Positions 10,422 to 23,538 of a stretch of 64,000 nt of DNA are shown piece by piece (position 1 is the first letter of the stretch; each line of letters starts with the position of its first letter). The stretch is from assembly GCA_963823035.1 (NCBI GenBank), contig CAWGKG010000012.1, positions 416,001-480,000 of the forward strand, read 5' to 3'. The DNA is from an uncultured Gemmatimonadales bacterium (GTDB taxonomy: Bacteria > Gemmatimonadota > Gemmatimonadetes > Longimicrobiales > Gaopeijiaceae). The notes beneath the pieces are model-generated. The model saw only the letters and a program-made list of their open reading frames with translations, had not been told where the DNA came from and did not search any database. A program made the position numbers and the translations under genes.

Positions 10422-11568
10422 TCAGCGCACGGTGAACGCGATGCTCGCGCGCGTGTTCTCCCATTCCAGGGCGATCGTGCCCTTTCCGCCGCCTCCGTCC
10501 ACGACGTCCATCGAGAACTGCTCGACCGGCTGGGGCAGCGCGCTCACCTCGAGTGGGAGACGGGCGATGTCCTGAGCCTCGTCGTACACGGTGCCCCACT
10601 GCCCGTGCTGCGCGTTGATCACGAGCGTCCATGTGGAGGCCGTGGGCACGCACCAGAGGGAGTAGGTGCCGGCGGGCACGAGCTTCCCGCCGATCACGAG
10701 GTCACGGTCCGTGATCAGCTGCGTCGCGGCGTTCGCACCCAACCGCCACACCTCACCCCACGGCAAGATGCCGCCGAACACCTTCCGGCCGCGCATCGAG
10801 GGCCGGCCGTAGTCGACCGCGACGTGGGCCCTGCCCACGGTGGCGCTCGCCGTGTCGCGGGGCGACAGCGCACCCGGGGCCGGCCGCGCCGCCCACGCGG
10901 TCGGCCGCCCGCTCGACGTCGACGGACGGCACGCGCGCGACCGTGTACTTGCTCGTGGTCTCGGTCATGTCGAGGCCCTCCAGACGATCCTCCGCCGTGA
11001 GCGACGCGTGGACCGTGCCCCACCCCTCGTATGAGAAGTCCGCAGCGCGCTCGCCGAGCCGATGGAATCCGACGGGGAGCACCCGCTCCCCGGCGAGCGC
11101 CCCGATGCTCGTGCTGTCCACGCCGCTCTCCATCGCCTGCGCGAGGGACATCTCCCAGAAGCCGAAGAGATCCTCGTAGAAGGGGAGTGGGCGATCTCCC
11201 CCGGTCGCCACGACGAAGCTCCGGGTGGTGGTGTCGCGCTGGATCTCGACGGAGACACTGTCGCCCGTGTAGGTGAAGTCGGCCACGGTGGTCGGATCGC
11301 CGCCTGGTGGTCCGGACGTCATGTGCACGTGCGTCACCTCGCCAGCCGGTCCGAACGACACCTCGTAGGCGCGCACCGAAGCGCGCGGGTAGGCTGTGGC
11401 GCTCTCCCCCGTCAAGTGGTCGCCGGAGCGCGTGTAGCTCTCCACCGCGACGGTGTCCGTGGGACCGAGCATGGTGACGAACGAGCCCGTGACCGGCTCG
11501 CGCGCGCAGGCGGCGAGCGAGCAGGCGAGCAGGAGACCGGAAAACGTGCGGATCGATGCGTGCATCAT
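10422..11568 (-). CDS. DUF2911 domain lipoprotein; frameshift near 10900
   Basis: LAAC lipobox; LSPRDT, VDYGRPSMRGRKVFGGILPWGEVWRLGANAAT, NAQHGQWG, LEWENT. Confidence 0.85.
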
Positions 11569-11689
11569 CCCCCCAGAGTGACGCGTCGTACTGGACGAAC
11601 TTCGATACGACAGGTCTCCGGAAGTTGCCTCACGCTCCGCGGCGGCGCCATGCCGGGCCGGCGAGGTTGACCACGTTCCGGAGGCGCCT

Positions 11690-12673
11690 TCAAGCCGATC
11701 GGCTGCGCCCCCCCGTCATGAAGGCGTCGTGGTACTCGCGGAGGCGCATTCCATATCGAGCGGCCTGTCCGAGGCCGTTGTAGTGGGACGCGAACTGCTC
11801 GTAGCGACCCTGCTGAAGCGCCTCGAGCATGGGCGACGTGGTGCCCGACCCGATCACGAAGTCGAACATGCCCAGGAGGTGGTAGCGCTCGTCCGCGCTG
11901 AATCGGTCGAACATCTCGCGTGGCGAGTCGTACCCGATCCGCGACGCGTTGAAGCCCATGATCTGGGCCGCGCCCATGCTGATGGAGCGCAGCGCCGCGG
12001 GCTCGTCGAGCCCGCGTGCGAACTCGAACACCCGCCACTCCTCGTCCTGCGACGTGTGACACGGCCGCCAGCGGCCGTCGCCCTCGCAGAACTCGTGTCC
12101 CTGCCAGCGGCGGCTCGCGTCGTAGCGGAAGAACGACCCGAAGCGCCCGCGGCCCGCTTCCCCCCACTGCCGTTCGAAGACGTGGTTCTCGAAGCGGATG
12201 ACCATGCGCCCGTTCCGGAAGCCGCTGCCCGAGGACTCCGCGAGCAGCACGGCGATGGCGGAGGCGCGCTCCACCGCAGTGAATTCGCAGAGCGGCACGA
12301 GGAGACCGCCGAAGCGGTTCCAGGTCTGGGCCGCCCTCAACCCCGAGCCTCTCAAGCCGGCCGTGGGCCTCTGCTCCTCCCCAGGTGCCGGAAGAGGGGC
12401 GCTTTGCAGCTCGGGGCGCTCGTGCAGGAAGCCCGAGGCGTGGTCCGCCTCCGCGAGCCGTACGTAGTCCCCGTGCACGAAGCCCTCGACGTCACCGACA
12501 CGGATCCGGTACCACGCTCCCTCCCGTGCCAGGATCTGGATCTCGTCACCACGCTGGAGCCGACCCGTGGTCGGGCGATCCGTCGAAGGCGTGGGTCGGA
12601 TGTTGAGGACGCTTGCGGTGACGACGGCGGCGCGGGAGGGCATGGAGGGCGTCCCAGGCTTCGAGGTGGGCAT
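11690..12673 (-). CDS. SH3b + N-acetylmuramidase (DUF3380/Muraidase) cell-wall hydrolase; start uncertain
   Basis: LNIRPTPS...WYRIR...GFVHGDYV (SH3b); AESSGSGF..IRFENHVF, SISMGAAQIMGFN, FASHYNG. Confidence 0.85.
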   Translation of the reverse strand: MPTSKPGTPSMPSRAAVVTASVLNIRPTPSTDRPTTGRLQRGDEIQILAREGAWYRIRVGDVEGFVHGDYVRLAEADHASGFLHERPELQSAPLPAPGEEQRPTAGLRGSGLRAAQTWNRFGGLLVPLCEFTAVERASAIAVLLAESSGSGFRNGRMVIRFENHVFERQWGEAGRGRFGSFFRYDASRRWQGHEFCEGDGRWRPCHTSQDEEWRVFEFARGLDEPAALRSISMGAAQIMGFNASRIGYDSPREMFDRFSADERYHLLGMFDFVIGSGTTSPMLEALQQGRYEQFASHYNGLGQAARYGMRLREYHDAFMTGGRSRSA

Positions 12674-12793
12674 TTCTGGAGAGTCGACGATAGGAGCGAC
12701 CCCTGCGGTGCGGCAACGATGTTCGAGGGCAGACCGCGGATCGCTCCCTCTTCGCTCCGCGGACGATCCCGACCGTTGCACTCCCGCCGTGCA

Positions 12794-12828
12794 TTATACA
12801 AAATAGAAACGATTTCTACGATGTATAA
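12794..12828. promoter_or_regulatory. 35-bp AT-rich palindrome, probable PadR operator
   Basis: TTATACA-AAA-TAGAAA-CGA-TTTCTA-CGA-TGTATAA immediately upstream of the padR RBS. Confidence 0.7.
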
Positions 12829-12840
12829 CCGGGAGGGAAC

Positions 12841-13184
12841 GTGGGTGGGGAAGACGGAGTGCCGGGATCGTTCGAGGAGCAGGTCCTTCTTGCCGTGGCG
12901 CACCTGGGCGATCGCCCGTACGGGATGACCGTCCGGCGGGAGATCGAAGCGCGCACCGGGGCCGCCGTGTCGATCGGTGCGGTCTACGCCACGCTGGACC
13001 GCCTCGACGGCAAGGGGTGGATCACGTCCGGGTTCGAGTTCGGGGACGAGGCACGCGGCGGGCGGGCGCGGAAGGTGGTCCGCCTCACCGCCGAGGGCGC
13101 CGAAGCGCTGCGGCGGGCCCGGGCCGTACACAACCGGATGTGGGAGGGGCTGGACCTGGCTTCCCTCCCCCGTGAGGAAGGGGC

Positions 13185-13188
<4 letters not shown>
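12841..13188 (+). CDS. PadR family transcriptional regulator
   Basis: GSFEEQVLLAV..YGMTVRREI..SIGAVYATLDRL..GGRARK..LTAEG. Confidence 0.92.
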
Positions 13189-15809
<2,621 letters not shown>

Positions 15810-15819
15810 CCCGCCCCCT

Positions 15820-17311
15820 CTACCCGATCGGCACGCGCCGGCGCATCAGCGCCTCGATCTCGTCGATCTCGCGCGGGGCCGTGCTGATGCGCTCGAGGCC
15901 CGTCGGCGTGATCACGTAGTCGTCCTCGATGCGCACGCCCGTGTTCTCGTAGCGGGCAACCTGTGTGCGCACGGCCTCGATGAAGCGCCGGTTGCGCGGG
16001 GTGTCCGGGAGGATCTCGAGCGAGGCCGTGGAGATGTAGATCCCCGGCTCGATCGTGAAGACGTCGCCCGGCTGGTAGGTGTGGTCACCCCCGTAGTACG
16101 AGGCCGGGTCGTGCACCTCGAGCCCGATGCCGTGGCTGATGCCGTGGATCGTCCACAGCGTGGCCTGCCGGCACGATGCCGGGCGGGCCTCGCAGTCGGC
16201 CTGCCACGGCGGATCGAAGAGGGCGTCCGGGCTCTCCACGAGCCCGAGCTCCGCGAGGCCCCGGGCGCGAACCTCGAAGGACGAGTCCTGCGCCGCGGGC
16301 TGGTCCATGCCGGGGCCGGAGTTGCGCTCCGCCGCGCTCTGGGCGTCCCGCACGAGCTGATAGATGCGTCGCTGCTCCGGCGTGTACGTACCGCTCACCG
16401 GAATCGTACGCGTCACGTCCGCCGCATAGCCGCGGTACTCCGCCGCCGCATCCATGACCACGACCTCCCCGGGCCGCGCGGGTGCGGTGTCCTTCATGTA
16501 GTGCAGCTGCGTGCCGTTGGCGCCGGAGCCCACGATCGAGCCGTACGCCGGCCGCTCGGCGCCCAGCCGCGTGAACGTCCCCTCGAGAGCGGCGCGGAGC
16601 TCGTACTCGTGGCTGGGATTCGCGACGAGCATCGCGGCGCGGTGACCCTCCGAGCTGATCTCGGCGGCTTTCTTCAGGAGCGCGATCTCGGCCGGGCTCT
16701 TTCGCCCTCGCAGGCGGTCGACGATCGGATGCGCGTCCCGCACCTGCACCTCGCCGTGTCGCGCGGCGAAGCGGCGCATGAAGGACCGGCCGAGCGTGAG
16801 GGAGTCGTCCGCTGCGAAGTCCGCCGCCTGGAAGTCCGCGAGCGTCCAGAACGTGTGCACGGAGCGAGCGAGCGAGTCGACCACCGGCGTGAGCGCCTGG
16901 AAGGAGCGGCCGGCCACGCCGAAGTGCGCGCGCACGGTCGGCCGAGTCCGGTCGCCTGCCGTAGTAGAGCGCCACCCGCGGATCGATCGGCGTCAGGAAG
17001 AGCGTCGTCTCACCCCGTCCTCCGCTGACCACCATCACCATGGCCGCGTCCGGCTCGTCGAAGCCGGTCAGGTAGTGGAAGGCCGGGAAGCTGGAAGAAG
17101 GGCCCGCGGTCGGTGATCGGGGTGGGCGCCCCGAACGCGACGACCACGCCGTCGCCCACGGCCGCCGCGAGCGAGTCGCGGCGGGCGGCGAATTCGGCGG
17201 GGGTGATCTGGGCCGCGGCCGCAGTCGGCCCCCCGACCGAGAGCGCCGTGCGCCAGCACACCCGCCCTCCCCAGCCGCGCCCACGCCCCGAAGAACCCTC
17301 GATCGCTCCAT
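15820..17311 (-). CDS. Xaa-Pro aminopeptidase (M24B with AMP_N domain); several frameshifts
   Basis: FHYLTGFDEPDA; LHY; MDAAAEYRGYAADVTRT; HGISHGIGLEVHD; FTIEPGIY; GVRIEDD. Confidence 0.9.
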
Positions 17312-17465
17312 CGCCTCACTCCTCCGGATGGGTGCGCCGAACCGGGCTCCGGGTGGGAACCTGGAGTCCGGGAGTGGCCGGGGCCAGCAGTGGGGCCGAG
17401 CTGGGCCGCGGGCCCGGGCGCATCGAGAGTGTCGAATGGACCGCGCCCAAGAAGGCGCGAGGCCC

Positions 17466-17502
17466 CGAGGGGGACCCCGGAACGAGGTCGGGATCCCCCT
17501 CG
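17466..17502. terminator. Stem-loop downstream of the amidohydrolase gene
   Basis: CGAGGGGGACCCCG...CGGGATCCCCCTCG. Confidence 0.45.
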
Positions 17503-17516
17503 CTGGCAGCGCTAGC

Positions 17517-18953
17517 CTACCAGTTCACCTCGTCCGCCTGGTCCTTGGGGCCCAACGTGCCCTGGAGCGGTTCGGAGAGGGCTCGGGGGTCGTAGACCAC
17601 GCCGTTCTTGACCACCGTTCGGACGTGGCGGGTGTTGCGGATATCCCGAATTGGATCCCCGCCGACGATGACCAGGTCGGCGAGCTTCCCCTGCTCGAGG
17701 GAGCCGAGGATGTCTCCCACCCCGAGCGCCCGGGCCGCGTTGATGGTCGCCATCCGCAGGACGTCGGGCGCCGGGATCCCGGACAGGTTGAGGGCGTGAA
17801 GCTCCCGATGGACCGAGAAGGGAGTGAAGTACTCGCCCCAGCTCGGATGGTCGGTGCCGAGCGTGATCAGGTCCTTCCCCCCGTTCTTGTAGAACTCGCC
17901 GATGAGGTCCTTCTTCACCCAGTAGATCTTCTCGAACTGGTCGTTCACCCGCCGGGGCAGGTGAGCCTCGACCAAGGACCGGGCGTACGGCGTCAGGTAG
18001 TCCATCTCGGGCGCGAAGTAGGTGAAGACCTCCGGGTCTCTCTTCCCGTAGTATCCGTATGCCGAACGGGTCGCGTCGTAGTACGTCCCGTGCTCCTTGA
18101 AGAGCTCCATGATATCCTGGAACTCCGGCATGTCGGGAGTCATGTTCACGAGCGAGGCGTACGCGGAGCGGGTGTCTGGCATCGCGTCGCCGCCCATGAA
18201 ATGCTCGATGCGGTCGATCCCCATCATGATCGCGTCACGCGGGTTGACGGAGTCGCGATACCCCGACCCAAGATGGCCCGTGACGGTGAGACCGTGCTCG
18301 TGAGCCGCCTCGATGAGCCACCGGAGGTGGTCGGGATCGATGTTCTTGGCCTTGAACCCGCGGACGCCCTGGGCCGCCCAGTACTCCACCTCGGCCCGGA
18401 GAGAGTCCCTGGAGATTGCGTCAGCGTCCCAACCCCTGCGCGCGCCACCGAAGTAAGGCCCCGAATTGAAGATGCGGGGGCCCGCCCTCTCTCCCTTGTC
18501 GATGCTGATGCGAGTGTCCCGCATCCTGTACGGGTTCACCTCTCCAGCCGGGAAGGTCGAAGTGACCCCGTTGGCCAGGAAGAGGGCCGGGTAGACCTCG
18601 GTGTCGTCCACGCGACCGTGACCCAGGAGGTCGACGGCATAGTGCGCGTGCAGGTCGAAGAGCCCGGGAATGATGTAGTCGTTTTCCGTCAGGTCGAGCA
18701 CTTGGATGCCCGCGAGGTCCGCCTCGGCGAGGTTCACGTGGACTCCCACGATGACCGAGTCCCGGATCAACACCCCTTCATTCGGTTCGAACGCGTCACC
18801 CTGTCCGGTGAAGATCCAGCCGCCGCGGATGGCCAGGGTGGCCCCGGCGAGGTCGTCCACCCGTCCCTCCTCTCCGCCGCCACAGGCCGCAGCCGCGAGG
18901 GTCAGGCCCAGCGCCAGTGCGAACAGCAAAGCCGGTCCATGTCGGGTCTTCAT
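17517..18953 (-). CDS. Amidohydrolase family lipoprotein
   Basis: AAAC lipobox; PGLFDLHAH, VTGH, IEH, LGTDH, GKLADLV. Confidence 0.9.
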   Translation of the reverse strand: MKTRHGPALLFALALGLTLAAAACGGGEEGRVDDLAGATLAIRGGWIFTGQGDAFEPNEGVLIRDSVIVGVHVNLAEADLAGIQVLDLTENDYIIPGLFDLHAHYAVDLLGHGRVDDTEVYPALFLANGVTSTFPAGEVNPYRMRDTRISIDKGERAGPRIFNSGPYFGGARRGWDADAISRDSLRAEVEYWAAQGVRGFKAKNIDPDHLRWLIEAAHEHGLTVTGHLGSGYRDSVNPRDAIMMGIDRIEHFMGGDAMPDTRSAYASLVNMTPDMPEFQDIMELFKEHGTYYDATRSAYGYYGKRDPEVFTYFAPEMDYLTPYARSLVEAHLPRRVNDQFEKIYWVKKDLIGEFYKNGGKDLITLGTDHPSWGEYFTPFSVHRELHALNLSGIPAPDVLRMATINAARALGVGDILGSLEQGKLADLVIVGGDPIRDIRNTRHVRTVVKNGVVYDPRALSEPLQGTLGPKDQADEVNW

Positions 18954-19037
18954 GCGTCTCTCGGTTGCTTGGGCCCCGGGGGGCGGCGTACCACCACCAC
19001 CCACCCGGGACCCCGTGGATTGAGGTGCGGGGCGTCG

Positions 19038-20366
19038 TCAGGTGTTCGGGTTGTTGTTGCGCTCCTGGTCGGGGAGCCAGATGCACGTCGTAGGACCGTA
19101 GGTCTGACCCTTGTGGTTCGTCCCCGTCGGGAACGGGATCCCGTGACGCAGCATGTCGTTCAGGCGGTGCCCTTCACTGAAGAGCTGGCGCCTCCGCTCC
19201 TCGAGAACGGTGGGAAGCATGTCGGCGACGTTGGGATTCTCGAGGGGCGCGATGCCCTGAGCGGCCCGCAGCCGGTTGATGGCGGCCACGGCCTCGGCTC
19301 CTCCTTTGGCCTCCGCGATGATGAGCTGGGCCTCCTCCCAGGACGCCAAGTGGATGGGCGAGGCCGCCGACCCGTACTTGAGCTGGTTCCACTGCGGCGT
19401 CGTGCCGTCGTGTCCGAAGGCGTTCGTGTTCTGCGGCTGAACGCGCGGGTCCGGCTCCCCGCCCACCTCGAGGTCCCGGTACGCCGCGGCAACGGACAGG
19501 TAGCTGTTCCGGATCGTGACGTTGTAGACTCGGTTCTCCCGGTCCCCCTGGATGCTCGAGTAGGTGGCATCGTACGACCACCCCTCGGGGATCCCCGCGG
19601 CGTCCGCGGCGGCCTCAGCGGCTCGACCCAGGTCGAGCCGAACTCGCGCCCGTCCCATCAGGGAGAGCAGCCTGAGGTCTTCGTCGCCCACCTCCTGGGC
19701 CCGTGCGATCCCGTCGGTGAAATACGTCTCGGCGACCTGGAGCACCTCGTCCGGCTGCATGAGCGGCCCCTCGTCGATGGCCATCTCACAGAAGCCCTCA
19801 CCCAACAGCGTGTAGCTGTAGCCCGCGTAGGCCTTCAACCCCGCCAGCATGTGTGCGCGGTTCGGGACGTCGGCGTCGTCGAACGCCTCCAGACGCCGGG
19901 CCACGTCCTCCGAGAGGAAGCGAGCCTGCTGCAGGGGCGTGTAGGCCCCGAAGCCCGAGGCGGCCCGGTTGTTGGAGCAAGTGCCGGCGGCCTGCTTGGT
20001 CTCGACGCCCCGCCAGCCCCAGATGTTGTCGTTTAGCCACGCGGAGGAGACGATGTATTCCTCCGTGAGCACGCCCACGGTGGCGACGTAGTTCCCGTAC
20101 GCGCACTCGAACGAGCCCAGCGCGCTGAAGTAGAGGGTCGAGGCCAGAGCCGGATTGTCCAGGTCGGAATCCTGCACCGAGCCCGGGATCTCCACATCCA
20201 GGAGACGCCCACACCCCCCCGAGGAGAGGAGCAGTGCTCCGAGGGCAAGGGCCGCCGTGCCCTTCCGCCGGGGCGTCCGGCCCGACCTGGGGTCGTTTCG
20301 CTTTGCACGCATCGCTGTCTCGCTCCCGTCCAGTTCGTCGAATCCGATTGGGTCTTGGCTCTTCAT
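19038..20366 (-). CDS. RagB/SusD family outer-membrane lipoprotein
   Basis: GGC lipobox-like; YSYTLLGEGFC, GRARVRL, EAQLIIAEA, EERRRQLFSEGHRLND; follows the SusC gene. Confidence 0.9.
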   Translation of the reverse strand: MKSQDPIGFDELDGSETAMRAKRNDPRSGRTPRRKGTAALALGALLLSSGGCGRLLDVEIPGSVQDSDLDNPALASTLYFSALGSFECAYGNYVATVGVLTEEYIVSSAWLNDNIWGWRGVETKQAAGTCSNNRAASGFGAYTPLQQARFLSEDVARRLEAFDDADVPNRAHMLAGLKAYAGYSYTLLGEGFCEMAIDEGPLMQPDEVLQVAETYFTDGIARAQEVGDEDLRLLSLMGRARVRLDLGRAAEAAADAAGIPEGWSYDATYSSIQGDRENRVYNVTIRNSYLSVAAAYRDLEVGGEPDPRVQPQNTNAFGHDGTTPQWNQLKYGSAASPIHLASWEEAQLIIAEAKGGAEAVAAINRLRAAQGIAPLENPNVADMLPTVLEERRRQLFSEGHRLNDMLRHGIPFPTGTNHKGQTYGPTTCIWLPDQERNNNPNT

Positions 20367-20380
20367 GTCGTCACCCTCCG

Positions 20381-23300
20381 TCAATAGGTGAGGTGGAGTG
20401 TGAACGTGAGCGAGGCTGTGGGTGGCATCACGGTCTGGTAGTTGTTCGAGAGCTGCCCCATGGCCCGGATCTCCGGATCCCACGCGATCATGTCGGCGAG
20501 GGGCACCGTGATCGAACCGTTCCGCGGCGTGCCCCAGCCTTCTTCCTTGGTCCAGAGCATCATGACGTTGCGCATGCCCAGACCCAGCGACCCTGCGGAA
20601 GCGCCCGCGAACTTCGCGACGGAGGGTGGGAGCTGGTACGTCGCCGAGATCTCGCGCAGGCGAAGGAAGCCGGCCTGGTACATGCCCGTCGCGTCGTTCT
20701 CGATGCCGCGGTACGCCATGAGGAAGGGATCGGTGCGTTCCAGCACCGGCTTCGTGATGCCGAGGTTGTGTTGCGCCCGGATCTCGGTGTTCGACTGCCA
20801 GTGGCCGCCGTTGCCCTCGACACGAGCGGCCAAGCGGAAGCGGTCCCAGAACGTGAACCCTGTGCCGAACCCGATCTGCCAGGTCGGCTGCGAGTGGCCC
20901 CACAGCACCTTGCCTGCCTCCGAGCAGGGGACTGCTGGACCGCCCTGCTCCATGCCCTGCAGCCCGGCGCCGCCGTCACAGAGGGCCTCAGTCACGAAGC
21001 CCCCGTCGTCGATGGTCGCCGAGACGATCTTGTACATGAAGAGGTCGCCGATGCTGAAGCCTTCGCGGTGCTGTCCCTGACCACCGGCGCCGATGAACTC
21101 CAGCCCGCCCAGATCGTCGATCCGGTTGTGCATGGTGGCGATCTGCGCGTCGACGTCCCAGGCGAACCTGGACCCTTCGACGGGCCGCGCGTTGATGCCC
21201 AGCTCGTCGCCCCACGCGCTGATCTGGCCGATGTTGACGATCTGGGACCCGTCGAAGCCGGACGAGGGCGGCAATGGGCGGTTCACGATGGCGTCCTTCA
21301 CCGTCCGGTCGTAGTGCGTGTATTCGACGCTCACGCGGCCCGACAGCACCGACGCGTCGAAGCCGACCTCGAGCTCCTCGCCGCGCTCCGGCTTGAGCTG
21401 GGGGTTGCCGAAGGCCGTGGGGACCAGCGCCGGGTTGTCCTGATAGCCGACGGCGGGCCCGTACAGCCGGGCTGCATCGAACGTCCCGGGCTGCTGGCCA
21501 GCCGCTCCCCAGGCACCCCGCACGCGGAACTGGTCCACGAAGCCGATGTGCCACCACGGCTCCTCGTGGACCACCCATGCGCCGCTCAGCTTCGGGTAGA
21601 TGGCCGCGTTGAAGTCGGTACCGAACGCGCTGTTGTCGTCGCCCCGGACGGCCGCCGTGATGAACACGCGGTTCTTCCACCCGAACTCCTGCTGGGCGTA
21701 GACGCCGACGGTGGCGTTCTCGATGAACGTTTCTCCACCGGTGCGCACCGCGCCGCCACTCACCGTCGTGATGGGCACGGCCGGGAATTCCTGACCCTGC
21801 GCCTCGATATAGCTCGAGCTGCGACGGAAGTACTGGAATCCCACCGACGAGGTCATGGCGAAGTCGCTGATGTTCCACTTCGCCGACCCCGCGTAGTCCA
21901 GCGTGACGATCTGTGTCGCTCCGCGCGTGACATCCTTGTCGCCGAGGCCCTGGCTGCCGAAGAAGTGGCTGCGTCCCTCTGGCTGCCTCGGCCACAGGAC
22001 GGACGAGACCTCGTCGTTCAGGTCGAGTCCCGCAACCAGCTTTTGTGTCATCCATTCGAACGGCGTGAATCGGAGCTCCGTGCTGAGCGTGGTGCGATCA
22101 TTGTCCGCGCGGCTCTCGACCTCGGCCCACTCTTCGGGCGGCGAGGAGTAGAAGCCGCGACTGCCGGAGGAGGCCTTCGCCGGCGAGGCCCAGATCATCT
22201 GACTGAACGGGTCGACACTGATGGCTGACGCCGGGAGACGGACCCGGGAGCGGATGTAGCTGGTGCTGGTCCGGAGCGTGAGCTTCGGGTTCAGGAGCAT
22301 CTCCACGTTCGCCCTCAGCCCCAGGCGCTGGCTGGTATTCCACGAGGCGACGCCGGTGTCGTCGTCGTACGAAGCCGATGCGAAGTAGCGGACCGCGTCG
22401 GTGCCCCCGCGCACGCTGCCGGCGTAGCCCATGAGGGGGCCATTGGTCCAGATCGGCCCTTTCCCGTTTTCTATCTCGTTGATGTACGGGTTGAAGCTGT
22501 ACAACGCACCGGTGGCGTTGTCCCTGGCCCAACGGAGGCCGGCGCGGCTCTCGGGATCCCAGAGCCAGTTCGTACCAGTCCGCACGGTCACGTCGAACTG
22601 CGGTGCGCCGGTGACACCACGCTTCGTGATGATCTGGATCACGCCATTCGATGCCTCGGTCCCGTACAGGGTCGCCGCCGCGGGGCCTTTGATCACTTCG
22701 ATGCTGGCGATGTCGTTCGGATTGAGGTCGTTGAGCCGGCTCACGTTCGAGCCGCCGCGCTGGCTGGGTCCCCGATCGGAGTCGCTGTCCACCCGGACCC
22801 CGTCGATGTAGACGATCGGCTCGTTGGAGAGCGAGAGGCTCGAAACCCCCCGGATGCGGACCTGCGCGCCTGTTCCGACGTTGCCGCCTCCCGGCAACAT
22901 CATGAGCCCCGGACTCCGCTGCGCCAGGAGCTGATCGACGTTGGATACGGGTGCCTGTCGAACGACCTCTTCTGCGTCCACCGTGCTCACCACGTTCCCG
23001 ATGGCGCGCCGCTGCGTACCGCCAGCGGTGCCGGTCACGACAATGCCGTCGAGGTCTAGCGCGCTCTCGGTGAGTCGGAAGTCCACCACCGTGGACTCTC
23101 CGGCGACGATGTTGGCCACCGTCTGTCCGGTGCTATAGCCGATCAGCTGGACGCGGACCGTGACCTGGCCCGCGGGGACGTTGGCGAACAGGAACCGGCC
23201 CTCGGCATTGCTGAGGCCTCCCATCCCAGCACTACCCACGGAGATCTGGGCGCCGGACAGCGGCGCGCCGGACTGCGCGTTCGTCACGCGGCCGACGATG

Positions 23301-23386
23301 GTGCCGACGGCCTGGGCGGACAGGGGCTCGGGTGGCAGGCCCCACACCGCGGCGACCGCCAGAGCGGTGAGCAAGGTTCTTCTCAT
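20381..23386 (-). CDS. SusC/RagA family TonB-dependent receptor
   Basis: Signal peptide, CarboxypepD_reg, LDGIVVTG, plug IEVIKGPAAATLYGTEASNGVIQIITKRG, NPQLKPE, terminal aromatic Y. Confidence 0.95.
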   Translation of the reverse strand: MRRTLLTALAVAAVWGLPPEPLSAQAVGTIVGRVTNAQSGAPLSGAQISVGSAGMGGLSNAEGRFLFANVPAGQVTVRVQLIGYSTGQTVANIVAGESTVVDFRLTESALDLDGIVVTGTAGGTQRRAIGNVVSTVDAEEVVRQAPVSNVDQLLAQRSPGLMMLPGGGNVGTGAQVRIRGVSSLSLSNEPIVYIDGVRVDSDSDRGPSQRGGSNVSRLNDLNPNDIASIEVIKGPAAATLYGTEASNGVIQIITKRGVTGAPQFDVTVRTGTNWLWDPESRAGLRWARDNATGALYSFNPYINEIENGKGPIWTNGPLMGYAGSVRGGTDAVRYFASASYDDDTGVASWNTSQRLGLRANVEMLLNPKLTLRTSTSYIRSRVRLPASAISVDPFSQMIWASPAKASSGSRGFYSSPPEEWAEVESRADNDRTTLSTELRFTPFEWMTQKLVAGLDLNDEVSSVLWPRQPEGRSHFFGSQGLGDKDVTRGATQIVTLDYAGSAKWNISDFAMTSSVGFQYFRRSSSYIEAQGQEFPAVPITTVSGGAVRTGGETFIENATVGVYAQQEFGWKNRVFITAAVRGDDNSAFGTDFNAAIYPKLSGAWVVHEEPWWHIGFVDQFRVRGAWGAAGQQPGTFDAARLYGPAVGYQDNPALVPTAFGNPQLKPERGEELEVGFDASVLSGRVSVEYTHYDRTVKDAIVNRPLPPSSGFDGSQIVNIGQISAWGDELGINARPVEGSRFAWDVDAQIATMHNRIDDLGGLEFIGAGGQGQHREGFSIGDLFMYKIVSATIDDGGFVTEALCDGGAGLQGMEQGGPAVPCSEAGKVLWGHSQPTWQIGFGTGFTFWDRFRLAARVEGNGGHWQSNTEIRAQHNLGITKPVLERTDPFLMAYRGIENDATGMYQAGFLRLREISATYQLPPSVAKFAGASAGSLGLGMRNVMMLWTKEEGWGTPRNGSITVPLADMIAWDPEIRAMGQLSNNYQTVMPPTASLTFTLHLTY

Positions 23387-23538
23387 GGTTGTCTCCTGGT
23401 TCGTAAGCAGTCTTCGAAAGACCCTCTCACTCCTCGAAGTCGGGCGTGGGATATGCCGAACGCCCGGACCTGCGACGACATCAGTGTCTCATAGGCCGCC
23501 CTCCCCCTTTGCCTTCGAGCGATCCACTCCGCGGGACG

